Shown here piece after piece: positions 42,783-56,899 of a DNA stretch of 64,000 nucleotides. Source of the DNA: Octopus vulgaris (lineage: Eukaryota); contig OX597818.1 in assembly GCA_951406725.2 (NCBI GenBank), forward strand, positions 4,898,001 through 4,962,000. Direction: 5' to 3'. Under the pieces are notes generated by a model, which ran no database searches, was not told the origin of the DNA, and saw only the letters and a program-made list of their open reading frames with translations. A program made the position numbers and the translations under genes. Position 1 is the stretch's first letter; every line of letters starts with the position of its first letter.

Positions 42783-44957
42783 GAAATCTTTATTACAATC
42801 ATGCGATTTTACATAGAATTGGACATAACAAGACAAACAATTACAAAGAATGTTATGAGAGTTCGAATGAAACTTAAAAATTTAGTTATAATGTAACATA
42901 AACGAAAACTTGACTTACTTTTGCCTTTAAACGAATCATTGGCTTACTTTTGCTTTTATAACGAGAACTTTGGTGCGTTTTTTTTTAAAACATTAGAAAT
43001 TATAACATCTGTTAAAATGAAAAGGCGGGGAAGTGCCGGTTCCGAATTTTGAACCCGGCAGCCTATAAGGCCCAGCAACTAATTTTTCCTTTCTTCGATG
43101 ATTAAGCTGGATTACTAACACCCACCTTTCTGATCACATCCTTCCAACGTTTCACGTACTCTTTCTGTGGCAGGCTCCTCTTCTCCAACCCCATCATGCT
43201 CTTCAGATGATATATGAAGTATTTTAACAAACCGGGGCCAGAGACAAAGGACCCTGTCACTAAACCTTCCATTCTGGTTCTCCACACACACTCTTTCAGT
43301 ACTGCCACCGTACAGTAAAAACAAGCCTTACCTTCCTTTGAGAGTCCAGTTAGCGGTATCATCTTTATCATAGATCCAGCCGACAGCTGTACTCGTCCCA
43401 GATGCGACAACACGTGTTCAACACGTGTTCAACTTATCAAGCTTGACAGCTCCCGACATTGTACAAAAGCGTGTTGAACGGTTTCATCGTCCAACCCACA
43501 TCTTGGACACGTCGGTGACATTGACATTCCGTGCCTGGATAATTATCGCGAACAGGTAATGCATTCCTATAGCACTGCCAGGTCAGGGATTTTTGGTAAT
43601 TGTCCAAATACCCCGGCCTGAAAGTCTTCTTAAACAAGTTGGAGAGTTGATTCTCATCGAACCCCAGAGCCTCTCCTAGGACGTCGTCACTTTTTGCCTC
43701 TACCAGCCATCTATAGAACACCGAGGTGGTATTCCCGCTGCCGGCCTTGCCCACCTTGTGGATCAACCAGAGTGCCTGTCGGCACTCCTTCTGCCATAAA
43801 GTCAGGTTACGTCTCTCCCTAGAGGCCGGTCGCGGGAAGAATTCCTCTGCTTGCGGATTCCCCACCTTATTACCCTCCAGGTGACACCAGAGATGTCTCT
43901 GCCTCAACGCATGCCGGCGCATCATTAGCCAAGGCATCCCCAGCCCACCCTTTAGTGGTTCCTGGCGGTTCCACAAAAAGCGGAAAAGCAGTCGTTCCAA
44001 CATGCTTAACCACGAATCGGGGCAAGGCACGACGGTCAGGCGGTAGGTGATGACAGAGGCTATAAACATCTGTACCACCTCCGCCCTCCCTTTCAAGGAA
44101 AGATGCCTTCTGGACCACTTCCGTACTATAGCTTCTACCTTGTTCGCTACCTCGCTCCAATTCTTCTCCGTCTGGGAGTCTGAACCAAACCAAACTCCGA
44201 GCAATTTAACAGGACCATCTGTCCAGTGTCCAACAACACTGGATGATATCGGCTTGTTCCTCCAGGTGCCGAGGCGCAAACCGGTGGACTTGTCCTTGTT
44301 AACTTTTTCCCCTGCCACCGCGTCGTATCTTCGGAGAACACCTTCTACACGAGGTAGCTGTGCTTCGTTGGACACGATGCGGGTGACGTCATCCGCATAG
44401 GCAGAGACAGACTTACCGTATCCAATTTCATTAGGGTTGCCTCCCAACTTTTCCAACTTCCGCAGCAATGGCTCAAGAGCCATAACAAACAGGAGCGGGG
44501 ACAAGGAACACTCTTGACGAACTGAACGCTTGATCGAAAACGGCTCCGTTAGGTAATCGTTTATCTGGACTGTGGATTTGATGCCGCTGTACATAGCTGA
44601 GATCCACCCGCAAAAGCCAGGGCCCAGCCCAGCCGCCTCGAGGACCGCCGCCAAGTACCGATGGTCTACCCTATGGAACGCTTTACTTTGGTCTAAATGG
44701 ACCAATGCCCCTCCTTTGCCGGCTAATTTCCCGGCCCTGTCTATAGTGTAGCGGAGAAGGTGAAGATTATCCTGGATCGACCTGCCTGGGATTGCACATG
44801 TCTGTGCCTTTCCGACAAGTTTCTCCACGACAGCCGTCAACCGTTTTGCTAACACCTTGGCCAAAATCTTAAACTCTAAATTAAGTAGAGTTATGGGCCT
44901 ATAATTACTAATACTATTCCCCTTGCTCGGGTCTTTCTGGAACAGCGTCACAACTCC
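42783..44957 (-). mobile_element. 5'-truncated L1/Tx1-clade LINE with 16-bp TSD
   Basis: 504-aa RT ORF (NYRPITLLN, LDQSKAF, SVRQECSLSP, YADD); cctgctagctgaagat at 42767-42782 and 44958-44973; AATAAA at the 3' end. Confidence 0.9.
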
Positions 44958-46006
44958 CCTGCTAGCTGAAGATATCTGTCTAGACTTCGTAAATATATAT
45001 ATATATTTTCAGTGAAGTTTATTCACTGATCACCAAAATCAGAAATAATAGAAGCGTTGCCTAGAAAAAAGTGGACAAGAATGAAAAATGCAGGCGTATA
45101 ATCCGAGAATATTCTTAGGTATTGAACCTAGAAAAGTACAGAACAAACAGTAATTAAGCCGAGAAAAGTACAAGACGAGAAGAAAGAAAAAAAAAACTTA
45201 ACATATTGCCGTTGAAGTTATAATTTGCTAAATAAATTTCTTAAATTATTTAGGAAACAGCGTCTGTTGTTTTTTATTGCAATTTCCAAAAACATTTTAG
45301 TTAATATTCTTTTATTTAAAAGTTTCTCTTTTATTACATTATATTTCTTTCTTATATTATTTTTTTTTTTCGTATCGAAACACATTATACAAAAATTCTA
45401 AACCACAGATATTGTGTTATAAAATTAAACTCATGTAGAATACATGTAATTCAAAACAGTAAAATATAGTAAAATAAAATATTTTAAGAAACAAAAGATT
45501 TAATTTAAGTCTTGTATTCTGAGATGACAAAAATATTTTCTACTTACAGTTAGAAAAATATTTACAAAAATGAAAGGTGATGAACAAAATGAGCGCAAAT
45601 TGTAGAAACAGCTCTTCTTTTTAAAAATATACTTAAGAGTTATAATTGTCAATTTTGTTTAAATTGCTATTATGTAATTTTTTAAATATATAAATTTGTA
45701 AGATCAAATTTTTAATGTGTAGACTTGAAGGCAATTAATATTTTCTCTAAAATTGAAAATAAATAGCTTCTGGAGTATTTTACTTTAAACTTTTAAGTAA
45801 AAGTAATAATACAATAGGGCATTTATTACTATTTTAGTTTCAAAATAATAACTTCAGCCACAATATTTTAAGTTTTTTTTTGTTTTTATCCTGTACTTTT
45901 CTAGGCTTGACTACTACTTGTTCTCTACGTTCCCAGGTTCAATACTTAAGAATATTCTATGATTGTACGCCCACATTTCCAATTTGTCTGTCTGTTTGTC
46001 TCTCTC

Positions 46007-46076
<70 letters not shown>

Positions 46077-46079
<3 letters not shown>

Positions 46080-47055
46080 GTTTGAGAATCGATGGAAGAA
46101 TGTAGCACGGATGTTGCGAGTGAATGTAACCACATGAATGCGATGCAGGACGTATCTCAAGTATCAGTGGCGAGGCGGGGCTCGTGGGATCCAAATTGAA
46201 CCCGCCTCCCACTCCATCTATGTCTTCCGGTCTGTCCTATCACTCGATTTATTTATATTTTTGTGAAATTTTAATGTCATCTTTATGTAATATCCATTCG
46301 TCCATCTGACCTCCATCAGATTGTGTTGTCCCTCATCTATGTTGTCCCCTTGTGCGAAATAAAAAAAATCGACTTTTTGAAATTGGCCAGAATGTAATGA
46401 AGTAAGTTGTTTTTTTATATGTTGCTATCATTGTGTCTTGTGGTGAAGCATCCTGATGAGGGGAGTGTCTGTTTCATTAAAATATAAAATTTATATCATA
46501 TTATTGGACACGTCTCCGAAATGGCCCGTCGATGGAACATTATCTTCGTGTATTAGTATGTCCTGTTAATGTTGTATAATTTAAAATTTTCCACTGGACT
46601 CCGTGTTGTAACTTGTGAATCTTTATTACCTTGTATCTTATCGTGTGAATTAATAATTATCATGTGAATTCAATAAGACTTATATTATGTTGATGTTTTA
46701 TATTTTGCCTGTGTATTTATATATATGAGCATTTTTGAATAGTTTTAAATACCTACGACTTTTATCGACGTTTTTATATCTATTTTTATATCTATTTGTA
46801 TATCTATTTATGTATTTATATATTTATAATGCCAACGTATTTTTAAATATTTTAAAATACTTTTAAATATTTGCGTATTTTTAAATATTAAATATTTATA
46901 TGTTTATATACATGTATGTTTTAATACTGTATTATCTGGAACTTTATATTGATTTATTAATGTTCAATGAAAGTACACATGTATTGAATATTCTATTGGA
47001 TGGTAGGTCATGTTCTTCTAGTTTTCCGCTGGTATTGCCTCCATTGAAATTATAT

Positions 47056-47088
<33 letters not shown>

Positions 47089-47098
47089 ATTTCAATTG

Positions 47099-47142
<44 letters not shown>

Positions 47143-48079
47143 CAATGGAGGCAATACCAGCGGAAAACTAGAAGAACATGACCTACCATCCAATAGAATA
47201 TTCAATACATGTGTACTTTCATTGAACATTAATAAATCAATATAAAGTTCCAGATAATACAGTATTAAAACATACATGTATATAAACATATAAATATTTA
47301 ATATTTAAAAATACGCAAATATTAAAAAGTATTTTAAAATATTTAAAAATACGTTGGCATTATAAATATATAAATACATAAATAGATATACAAATAGATA
47401 TAAAAATAGATATAAAAACGTCGATAAAAGTCGTAGGTATTTAAAACTATTCAAAAATGCTCATATATATAAATACACAGGCAAAATATAAAACATCAAC
47501 ATAATATAAGTCTTATTGAATTCACATGATAATTATTAATTCACACGATAAGATACAAGGTAATAAAGATTCACAAGTTACAACACGGAGTCCAGTGGAA
47601 AATTTTAAATTATACAACATTAACAGGACATACTAATACACGAAGATAATGTTCCATCGACGGGCCATTTCGGAGACGTGTCCAATAATATGATATAAAT
47701 TTTATATTTTAATGAAACAGACACTCCCCTCATCAGGATGCTTCACAACAAGACACAATGATAGCAACATATAAAAAAACAACTTACTTCATTACATTCT
47801 GGCCAATTTCAAAAAGTCGATGAGGGACAACACAATCTGATGGAGGTCAGATGGACGAATGGATATTACATAAAGATGACATTAAAATTTCACAAAAATA
47901 TAAATAAATCGAGTGATAGGACAGACCGGAAGACATAGATGGAGTGGGAGGCGGGTTCAATTTGGATCCCACGAGCCCCGCCTCGCCACTGATACTTGAG
48001 ATACGTCCTGCATCGCATTCATGTGGTTACATTCACTCGCAACATCCGTGCTACATTCTTCCATCGATTCTCAAACATT
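46077..48079. repeat. ~2-kb near-perfect palindrome (arms ~950-970 bp) centred on (TA)n
   Basis: 46077-47051 is the reverse complement of about 47137-48079, with a few substitutions and one ~30-bp indel. Confidence 0.95.
46449..46534 (+). ncRNA. Type I hammerhead with extended stem II (mirror copy 47655-47740 on minus strand)
   Basis: catc-CTGATGA-ggggagtgtc...gacacgtctcc-GAAA-tggccc-GTC-gatg. Confidence 0.8.
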
Positions 48080-48209
48080 TTCGCAGTCAGGCATTTTCTC
48101 TCTAGCTCTATCTTCCTTTTAAGGTGAAAGTGCCTGACTTTCATCCTTTCAGCCTCGTCTTCCAAATCGCCTCTCTCGCAATTGCTACTACAATGAGAAA
48201 ACAATTCTT

Positions 48210-51200
48210 ACCTTCTTTCGAAAGGAAATCAGGCCAGTCAATTTTTACAGTCGATAGCTGTACTCATCGAGCACTTGACAACAGTTGTTCCGCATAAACC
48301 CACACGTCTGACACCTCCGAACACTGAACAATAGCGTGCGGGACGGTTTCCCTATCCCGCTCACATCTTGGACAGGTCGAAGGGCCGCTACCTCCATGCC
48401 TTGTGAGCTTGACCCGAACAGGTAAGGCTCCTCAGTAACACTGCCATGCCAGAGACTTCTGAAAGTTGACCAGGGTCTTCGGCCCGAATGTACGTCGGAA
48501 CAGACTGGCTAGCTGATTATCGTCGAGACCTAGGGTTTCCCCCAAGGTATCGTCACATTCAGCCTCTACAAGCCCTCTATAAAAGAATGCGGTGGTACCT
48601 CCACCGCAGGCATTGCCCGAGCAACAGAATAGCAGGAGAGTCTTGCGACACTCCGTAAACCATGTACCCAATTTCGATCTTCGATAGAACCAGGTTTCTC
48701 GTCCATCAAAACTAGTGACCCGGGGAAACATCCGTTTCGCCAGCAGAGACCACACACATTCACCATCCAGGTAAAGCCATAGATGCCTCAACCTCAACGC
48801 ATGTCTGCGCATCAATAGCCAAGGCATCCCTAGCCCACCCTTTAATAGTTGTTGGCAGCAAATAGAGCATCGCACAAGCGGTTTCGAGCCCTTCCACAAG
48901 TGGAACAGCTGTCTTTCCAGCTTCATCAACCACGAATCAGGGCAAGGAACGACGGTTAGGCGGTAGATGATGACCGATGCGATAAACACATTGGCTACCT
49001 CCGTCCTCCCTTTCAGGGATAGCCACCGCCAAGACTAGGTCTTGACTATGTGGGTCACCCTGCTCGATACCTCGGCCCAGTTCTGTATTTGGAGGTTTGG
49101 TCCAAACCAAACTCCTAGCAATTTAATCGGACCCTCCGTCCAACATCCCACGACGCCGTCTGGATGCATCGACTTGTCTCTCCAGGTGCCGAGCTGCAAG
49201 CCGACTGACTTTTCTCGATTAACTTTTGCTACTGCCACCGTCTCGTAAACCTTGATGGCCTTGCCTACCCTCTGTAGGTGATCCATTTCAGTTACGATAA
49301 TGGTGATATTACCCGCGTAAGCTGAAACCGATATTCCACAACCTGGCTGTCTCGGGATGCCGCTCAATTTTCGCAGTAATGGCTCAAGCTCCATCACGTA
49401 CAAAAGCGGGGAGAGCGGACACCCTTGACGAACCGAGCGTTTGATGTCGAACGGTCTCGATAAGAAGCCGTTCACACGAACTACCGAGTCGATGTTGTGA
49501 TTAATCTGAATGATCCACCGGAAGAAGCCAAGACCCAGGCCGAACTGCGCCAGAAGGGACACCAGGTAGCTATGGTCAACCCTATCAAATGACTTAGATT
49601 GGTCTAAATGGACCAGTGCTCCACACTTGCCAGAATCACTATTAAACCCCTCTAAAGTGTACCGTATAAGATGGAGATTATCCCGGATGGTTCTGTCGGG
49701 AACGGCACATGTCTGTGCCTTCCCGATCAGACCATCCGCGACACACGCCAATCTTTTCGCTAACACTTTGGCCAAAATCTTCAAATCTAGGTTTAGCAGA
49801 GTGATGGGCCAAAAATTATCTACGGAATCCCCCTTGTCCGGGTCCTTTCTGACAAGCGTCATAACTCCCCTGCGCACAGATCTAGGAATAAACTCGTTCT
49901 GCTGCCAGTTCGAGTAGACATTCCCCAGCATCTGTCCGAAAAAATCTGGCATACTCTTATACAACTCATAGGGTAGACCATCTAGTCCTGGCGCCTTACC
50001 CGTGCCGTAGTCTGCCATAGCCTCAATTACTTCCTCAGGTGTGATCAGCCCTTCCCAGTACTCCGCGTCCCGCCCGATAGGCGCGGCAGCTCAGCGAGGA
50101 AGTCCGTTAGGTCCCCCCTACTGACCGGTCCACCGCCTCCACCGAAAAGCTGGCCGAAGTACTCCTGAAAAGCCTCACACATCTCCTCGAGTTCGTTTAT
50201 CAACTTACCTTGTTGGTTCGTCAAAGATCTGATTGTGGTATCATTACCACGTTGGGCTTCCACCACTCTGTCCCATCCTCCGCCTTGATTCTCTCACAAC
50301 CCACTGCACGAAGGCTAGCTTAATCCGGTCTCTGTACTCCTTAATCGCCAAAAGAGACGTATTAAGTTTCCAGTAGCCGGAGCCTCTATTATATAGCTTA
50401 TCTATGTCGAGCTAACAGGTGACCATTTCATGATCCATGTAGCTGACCGGTGAAACTGTGGACACCTAGCTATAATTCTATCTGCTTTTCTAATTAACAC
50501 TCTATCTAGGTATAACCTGGAAGATCCGTCGCTATTTGACAGTGTCCACAATGGAGCGTTCTGAAATTCCAACCTATAAGGATCTGCTAGCTCAAAGCGG
50601 CTTAGCAGTTCCAGGAAGCAAGGATTACCTTTTCTATCTGTACACGAGCCAACACAATCTACACGTGCCTCGCAGATTGTGTTATAGTCTCCAAGCACAA
50701 CTAAAGAATGTGAAGTACCAACAAGCGTCTCCAGGTTCCGAAAATATTCGCTTTGACCGGTTGACTTGGGTGCATAAATTGCAACCAGTCTGATAACTTT
50801 ACCATGACTGAACGTCAAGTCCATGACGACCAGCCTACCTTCTGGATCTGAAAAAATTAACTTTTTCTCAGAAAGCCGGTTTCTTTTAACGGGACCAACA
50901 CTCCGCTTCCCCCAGAATGACAGCCTGGAGAGAAAAATCTCTCGTAGCCATCAAACAGCGGGAGCAGATCTCTTGACCCCCTTAACCGGGTTTCTGTAAC
51001 AACCATAACATCCAAATAACGTGACCTGATGTCAATAAGAAGCGACCTTGCTACTGGCTTGATACCAGGCCACGCACATTTAAACAACCTACAGGAATGC
51101 TCGACATTACTTACCTCTGCATCAGTGGTTCGAGGTTTCTTCGTTCTGGTGTTCTTTTTTCTCTCCTTTTCTCGGGTTTGTGGGGGTATTTTGACGTAGG

Positions 51201-52450
51201 CCGTCATAAATGGATGGAGAAAATCCATCATGAGAGGGCCTACGTCGTGGTAGAATTCGAACTTAATCCGTACGTAATCCCTCTGGTCGATCCTGTAAAT
51301 GAAAATGTTTTTCGACGTTGTTTGTTCAACCCTTATGCCAGATGAAATAGCTGCTAAACGTTTGATAAGTCTGTTATTCGATGACTTGATGGCCATATAT
51401 GTATTCTCGGGTTCTTATTTATTTAAAAAAAAATCAGTTTGGTAGGGGTGGTCTGTGTTTTTTCCTCTTTTTTGGACACAGTCGCCCACCCCTCTTCTTT
51501 TTCTTCCTCTTTACATTATTTTACTGGTTTTGCGGTTGTGGTGTCGTCTCTACTGATGTACGTGACGCTTCCACCGTCGATGCTTTTTCTCCTTCCTTTT
51601 CTACTTGCACTTTTGGTTTTTAGGTTGGCACTCGGATCTTATATGGCCCTTTCGCCCGCAGTTGAAACATCTTAGCCTCTTGCCTTCCACCAAGACAATC
51701 AGTCTCTCTTCTCCGAAATTTATTATTTCTGGAATTTCTTCCAGCGTGGGAACCTCTGCCTGAATCATCATATTTAGGCATTGTACCTTCCAGTTCCCTT
51801 CTTCCACCACTGATCCCTGGAGAATGGAGATTCCTTCCTCCAGGTTCATTATTATGGCTGCCACAAGGAAGGCAGCATCTAGTTCAGGAGGAATATTAGT
51901 GATTTTTACTTTCGATATTCTTCTTCCCATATATATGGGAAGAATAACCACCTCCTCGGTTCTCAGAGTTTCAGAGGAATGTCGCCTGACCACCTCCTCT
52001 GAGGTGAATCTCACTTCGACTGTTCCAAACCGTTTCCTCTTGTCATATTGGTAATATCTGCCCATATAGGTTTTAGGTATTTTTCCACTAATTTTTCTTT
52101 AATTTTATCGATTTTCTTTTTTTCCATGTTGTAGGTTTTATAAATAATTCTTTTCTTGTTTACTTCTACTGGTTCTTTTGTAGGGGCCACTTGTATTTCC
52201 GTCCCCTCTTCCTTTTAACATTGACATAAACTTTTTCAAATTTTCCATTTCACTATTGATTTTCTTTCCTTCTCTCCTGCTGCCTCTGTAAAGTTTAACT
52301 TTTCTTTTGATGACGCTGCTGATATTTTCTCTTCTTCACCTGTTACAAAAACAGGCATATCCAATATTGAATTATCATTGAACTCAATGGCGACTCTATG
52401 ATGTAGCTTTTTTTCCTATAATATATAGATATATATATATAGTTCAACAA
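48210..52450 (-). mobile_element. Near full-length decayed L1/Tx1-clade LINE (ORF1, APE and RT)
   Basis: ORF1 CCHC knuckle CFNCGRKGHIRSEC; APE motifs VVTETR, IYAP, LGDYN and YLDRVL; RT motifs KAPGLDGLP and SVRQGCPLSP. Confidence 0.9.
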
Positions 52451-53199
52451 TTCAACAATAATTCAACAATACAGCTCAACAATAATTCCCCCAGAGGGGG
52501 GAATTTAAATAATCCGCCACCAAAAAAGCAATAACAGTTCTTTTTAAACAAATAACAATAACAACTCACTGCAGCAATTCACCAACAAAAGAAGACACAG
52601 AGGAAACTATCACACGTACCGACAACAGGAAAACCAATTTCTAAAAGTTGATTTTTTATCACCCACAAGAGGCTATACTCAGAATGGGACAATACAAACA
52701 AGACAAACATAAACTCGGGGAACTTAAAATCAAAGAGAAGATGAATTAAGACGAAAAAATTAAAGAAAACGAATGAAAATGTGAAAATATGTAAATGAGG
52801 CGCAATGCCCACTCGACCTCCGAAGTCGAAGTAGTTACATTTCGACAATTTGTTTTTCCTTTTTCATAAATGAATTTCACAAAAATTACAATTGAATTTT
52901 TCTTTTTAGTTTCTCATAGTCCATTATGGTAGGTGGGCTTTCGTGTAGCCGACACCATTTCACCAGTTTTATGTTCTTTGCGAAGCCCTCCATAAATTTG
53001 TTGTAACAAGCCACATTTCGACCCCAAATCCCCGCCAGTTCAACGTATTTGTTTCACCAACTGGTCCCAGTTCGAGTTTGTCCTCTGTAGACACCAGTAC
53101 CGCTGCAATCAACCATTCCGTTTTTATTTCTGGTGGCACTCTCGAAACCCTAAATCTGACGCTTCGTTTTCCTCTGTTTCCTTTGCTTACGGGACAGCA

Positions 53200-54172
53200 G
53201 AGCTGATGATGATCATTACAAGAGAGTACATTGGCCCCCCACGAGTGGAGCTGCAGCCAGGAATGTTAAATGTTCTCAAACAGCCTCTAGTAGATTCCAA
53301 CAAAATCTTATTACCCCCACTTCATATCAAACTTGGATTGGTAAAATAAATTGTGATGGCCTTAGATTTTAGAGGAGAAGCTTTTCAAGAAATTTGTCTT
53401 ATGTTTCCAAAGCTATCTGAGTTTAAGATCAAGGGTGGCATATTTGTTGGGCACCAAGTAAATACAATATTAAAGTCGAAGAAACTGGAAAGAGCGATGA
53501 CAAAATTTGAAAAAGTAGCTTGGTGTGCATTTCGTGATGTAGTTCGTGGATTCCTAGGAAATCACAAAGATCCTAATTACAAAGAGCTGGTAGCAAAGCT
53601 TATTGAAAACTTTAAGAAAATGTGTTTTCGTATGTCCTTAAAGGTTCATTTTTTGCACTCTCACCTAGATTTTCCCCCGAAAACTTGGATGATGTCAGTG
53701 AGGAGCATGGTGAGAAATTTCATCAGGACATTGCAACTATGGAAAGAAGATACTAAGGACGATGAGATACTGCTATGATGGGAGATTGGTCTCTATTCAG
53801 AAGAGATGAAGGTATACACTCCAGAAAATCTCGATCGTCAAAGCACTTCTCATCTTAAGAAAATAGTTATGAAGGCATTTACAGTGCAGAGTTTTATTGT
53901 TTCTTTTTGTTCTAATATTATACTTCCTAAATACCTTTCAATATATGAAAAAGTACTAAATGTTGTGTAATTATCCTTACAATACTAGAATAGATAGAAC
54001 CAACAAAGTGCTGTAGAGAAAAGTTACAAATATAATGAGCAAATATGAAATTAGGAATAAATAAATAACTATCGATGTTACATCAAAACGAATGTGATCT
54101 TTGAATTTAGTGGTAAAAATGCATATATGAACATTACAAAATACAAATAAACAAAAAATGTTTTACATTGTG
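53200..54172 (+). mobile_element. Second Chapaev3-like element, 3' fragment
   Basis: ILLPPLHIKLGL, KIKGGIFVG, FLGNHK, MSLKVHFLHSHLDF and EEHGEKFHQDI; probable right end ...attgtg. Confidence 0.8.
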
Positions 54173-54307
54173 TTATCAATACGTATAATCATTCGTATGT
54201 TTTGAACTCGTTAGTACTGGTCATTGGATATAGTTTGTCTGATGTCGTTTGGATTCAGATAGGTATGTTCAATTTTTTCAGTGCTCTCAAGTTTAAAATC
54301 TTGAAAT

Positions 54308-54392
54308 ACTGTACTGAAGAGCGAGAATGATAGGATGGAAATGTGGTCTCTGCATTTTTCATATCAATATAACTCCGAAACGCGTCCACAGT
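54308..54392 (+). ncRNA. Type I hammerhead motif with long stem II
   Basis: actgta-CTGAAGA-gcgag...ctcc-GAAAC-gc-GTC-cacagt; ACGCGT palindrome; mismatch at the first stem I pair. The host repeat has ~80-bp direct repeats at 54191-54272 and 55539-55620. Confidence 0.7.
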
Positions 54393-54455
54393 TAATCAAA
54401 TTGCCGGGTAAATTTCGTTGTTTTTCTCTTTGTCTACGTGGATTGTTTTTGAGTA

Positions 54456-55198
54456 CGAGGGACGTTCAATAAGTAATGCCCCTGACCCACTTGCAGTTGT
54501 TTGATCTAACTGAAATTTTGCATGTGCAATTATTTATATCTTTATAGATTAAGTGGCAAATTACATCTCTGAACTAATTGTGGTTTCTGATTTACAGGTG
54601 TTTGAACTGAGTCAAGTGTGAAATGGAGCCTGTTGAGTGTCGACCCGGTTTTTATATTTGAAAGGACGCACACCACGGGAGACTTTTGATGAAATGAAAG
54701 TAACTTATGGTGATGATGCCCCATCATATGACCTTGTAAAATGCTGGCATCTTGAATTCAAACATGGTCGGAACTCTGTGGAAACAGCTCCCAGATCTGG
54801 TCGCCCACCTTCTGCCATTGATGAGGCATCTGTCCGTCAAGTTGAGGCTGCCATTTTGGAAGATCGACGCATAACTATTCGCCAAATAGCCCATGAGGTC
54901 AAGATTAGTACCGGGTATGTGGAAACTATCATTCATGACCATTTGCATATGCAAAAGGTGTCTGCCAGATGGATTCCCAGGTTGCTCACACCTTTCCAGA
55001 AGCAAGAACGCGTCGAGTGCTCGAGGGTGAATTTGGAGATGTGCCAAGAAGATGAGTCAAAATTTTTCAAAAGACTAATTACACATGATGAAACTCTGGG
55101 TGATTCCTACGTAGAAAAAGACTAATAACTGTGCCAAGTTTCGTTGCTCTACTGCTATGGGAAGTGGGTCAGAGGCATTACTTATTGAACGCCCCTCG
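54456..55198 (+). mobile_element. Internally deleted mariner transposon
   Basis: TIRs cgagggacgttcaataagtaatgcc / ggcattacttattgaacgcccctcg with TA TSD; ORF with HTH, WIPRLL and ITHDET. Confidence 0.92.
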
Positions 55199-55621
55199 TA
55201 TATGTTATTTGGGAGATTTTCTTACGGTAGAGAAATAACTAGTTGTTTGGCTGCTATTTCTAAATTTTCGGTATGTGGTGAAGCAAATTTTTTTGCTGAA
55301 CCCTAATTATAATTATACTCATAAATATAAAAATTATTGTTTAAGTTTACCGATAATGGTTCTTTTAACATGCCGAAACTACTTCGTAAAATTATTAATT
55401 ATTAATTAATTAATTAATTAATTTTACCCTTTATTATTATTGATGATATAATTCTCTCCCTGATAATAAACTACAGTTTTTCTGTAGAATTTTTGCTCAA
55501 TAACACACGTGGGTAGGTGAGGAAGAATACGAGATCTGATTCGTATGTTTTGAAATCGTTGGTACTGGCATTGGATATAGTTTGTCTGATGTCACTTGGA
55601 TTCAGATAGGTATGTTCAATT

Positions 55622-55659
<38 letters not shown>

Positions 55660-55669
55660 GTATATGTAT

Positions 55670-56851
55670 CAGTGGCGTCCGATGACTTCTGAGGCTGGTC
55701 ACGTAATAAATAGTTGGCGCACATGACGGAGACGTAACCCATCCCCCACCTCACTTAATTTTTTTTCGGCTACGGAGAATTCGATTCTAAAAAAAAATTG
55801 TTTGTAAAATTTCAATTTTTCAAAAACAGAAAAGAAAATATCCCTACCCTCCCGATCCTACGGCCTTCATGCAGGCTATCCACGTGCTATAAATAACAGC
55901 CAAATCTCACAGAAATTTGTTGGGCGTAAAAAAAATTGCGATAAAATAATAAAAGAAATATGTAATCAATCTACGAACATTTCTTCAAAGATTTCGCTCA
56001 GAGAAATGTCCCACAATAAAATGAAGTATACTGTGATAAAGTTAAAAAGAGTTTGTTGGAGATCTGGCTGTTATTTCTGCTCTCATATTTTTGTAACTTT
56101 CAAGTTCCATCTTGTAGAAGAAAACACTTTCATTTGTGTAAAAAAACCCAAAAAAACCAATGAGCACTTTAATTTCACTTTGTCACAGTATACCACATTT
56201 TACTGAGATCGTGAATTGTAAATCAGTTTCAACAAAACGGAAAGATAATTTTAGTAAATGAACGAAGGATTATTTCTGATTTCAGCATTTTTTTTTGTTC
56301 AATACTGAGAGGATGTGTTTACTGATAATAATTTCAAAACTTACGACCGCGTGAAATAGATATTCAAAAGTCACGGCAACTTTTGAGCTGACTAATTAAG
56401 AATTAAAGGATTGTTATGCTTTGGTCAGAAATTTTACGTGTCAAAAAGTCAAGCCCATTCAGTCATTTAGTTTGTCGTGTTAGCGACATCAATTACAAAG
56501 TTATGGGAAGCCATGCGTTTTACTGAAAGCATGCCCTCGTAGTTATTTTATCGAGATAAAAAAGTATCTTACAGGCATTGAAATGATAGCTATTGAAAGA
56601 GAGGTGGGTGACAAAAGATTTTATATGTATTTTTCTTTAAGCATGCTTAGTGTAAGCAAAATGGAAACAGCCAAATATCAATGGCCGGGTTTCCTTTGAA
56701 ACAATGTAACTATTTTAACTCAGTTTCCAATTATTTGGACAACTTTTCAATGTGGTTATATTTACATTACGTTCTTAAATTGATTTTTGAGTTATATAAA
56801 AATCAACGGGCAAGCAGTGCATGACCAGCGTGTCTCGATTACACGCCACTG
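55670..56851 (+). mobile_element. Non-autonomous hAT (Tip100-like) element
   Basis: CAGTGGCG...CGCCACTG termini; 8-bp TSD atatgtat at 55662-55669 and 56852-56859. Confidence 0.8.
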
Positions 56852-56891
<40 letters not shown>

Positions 56892-56899
56892 GTATAATT

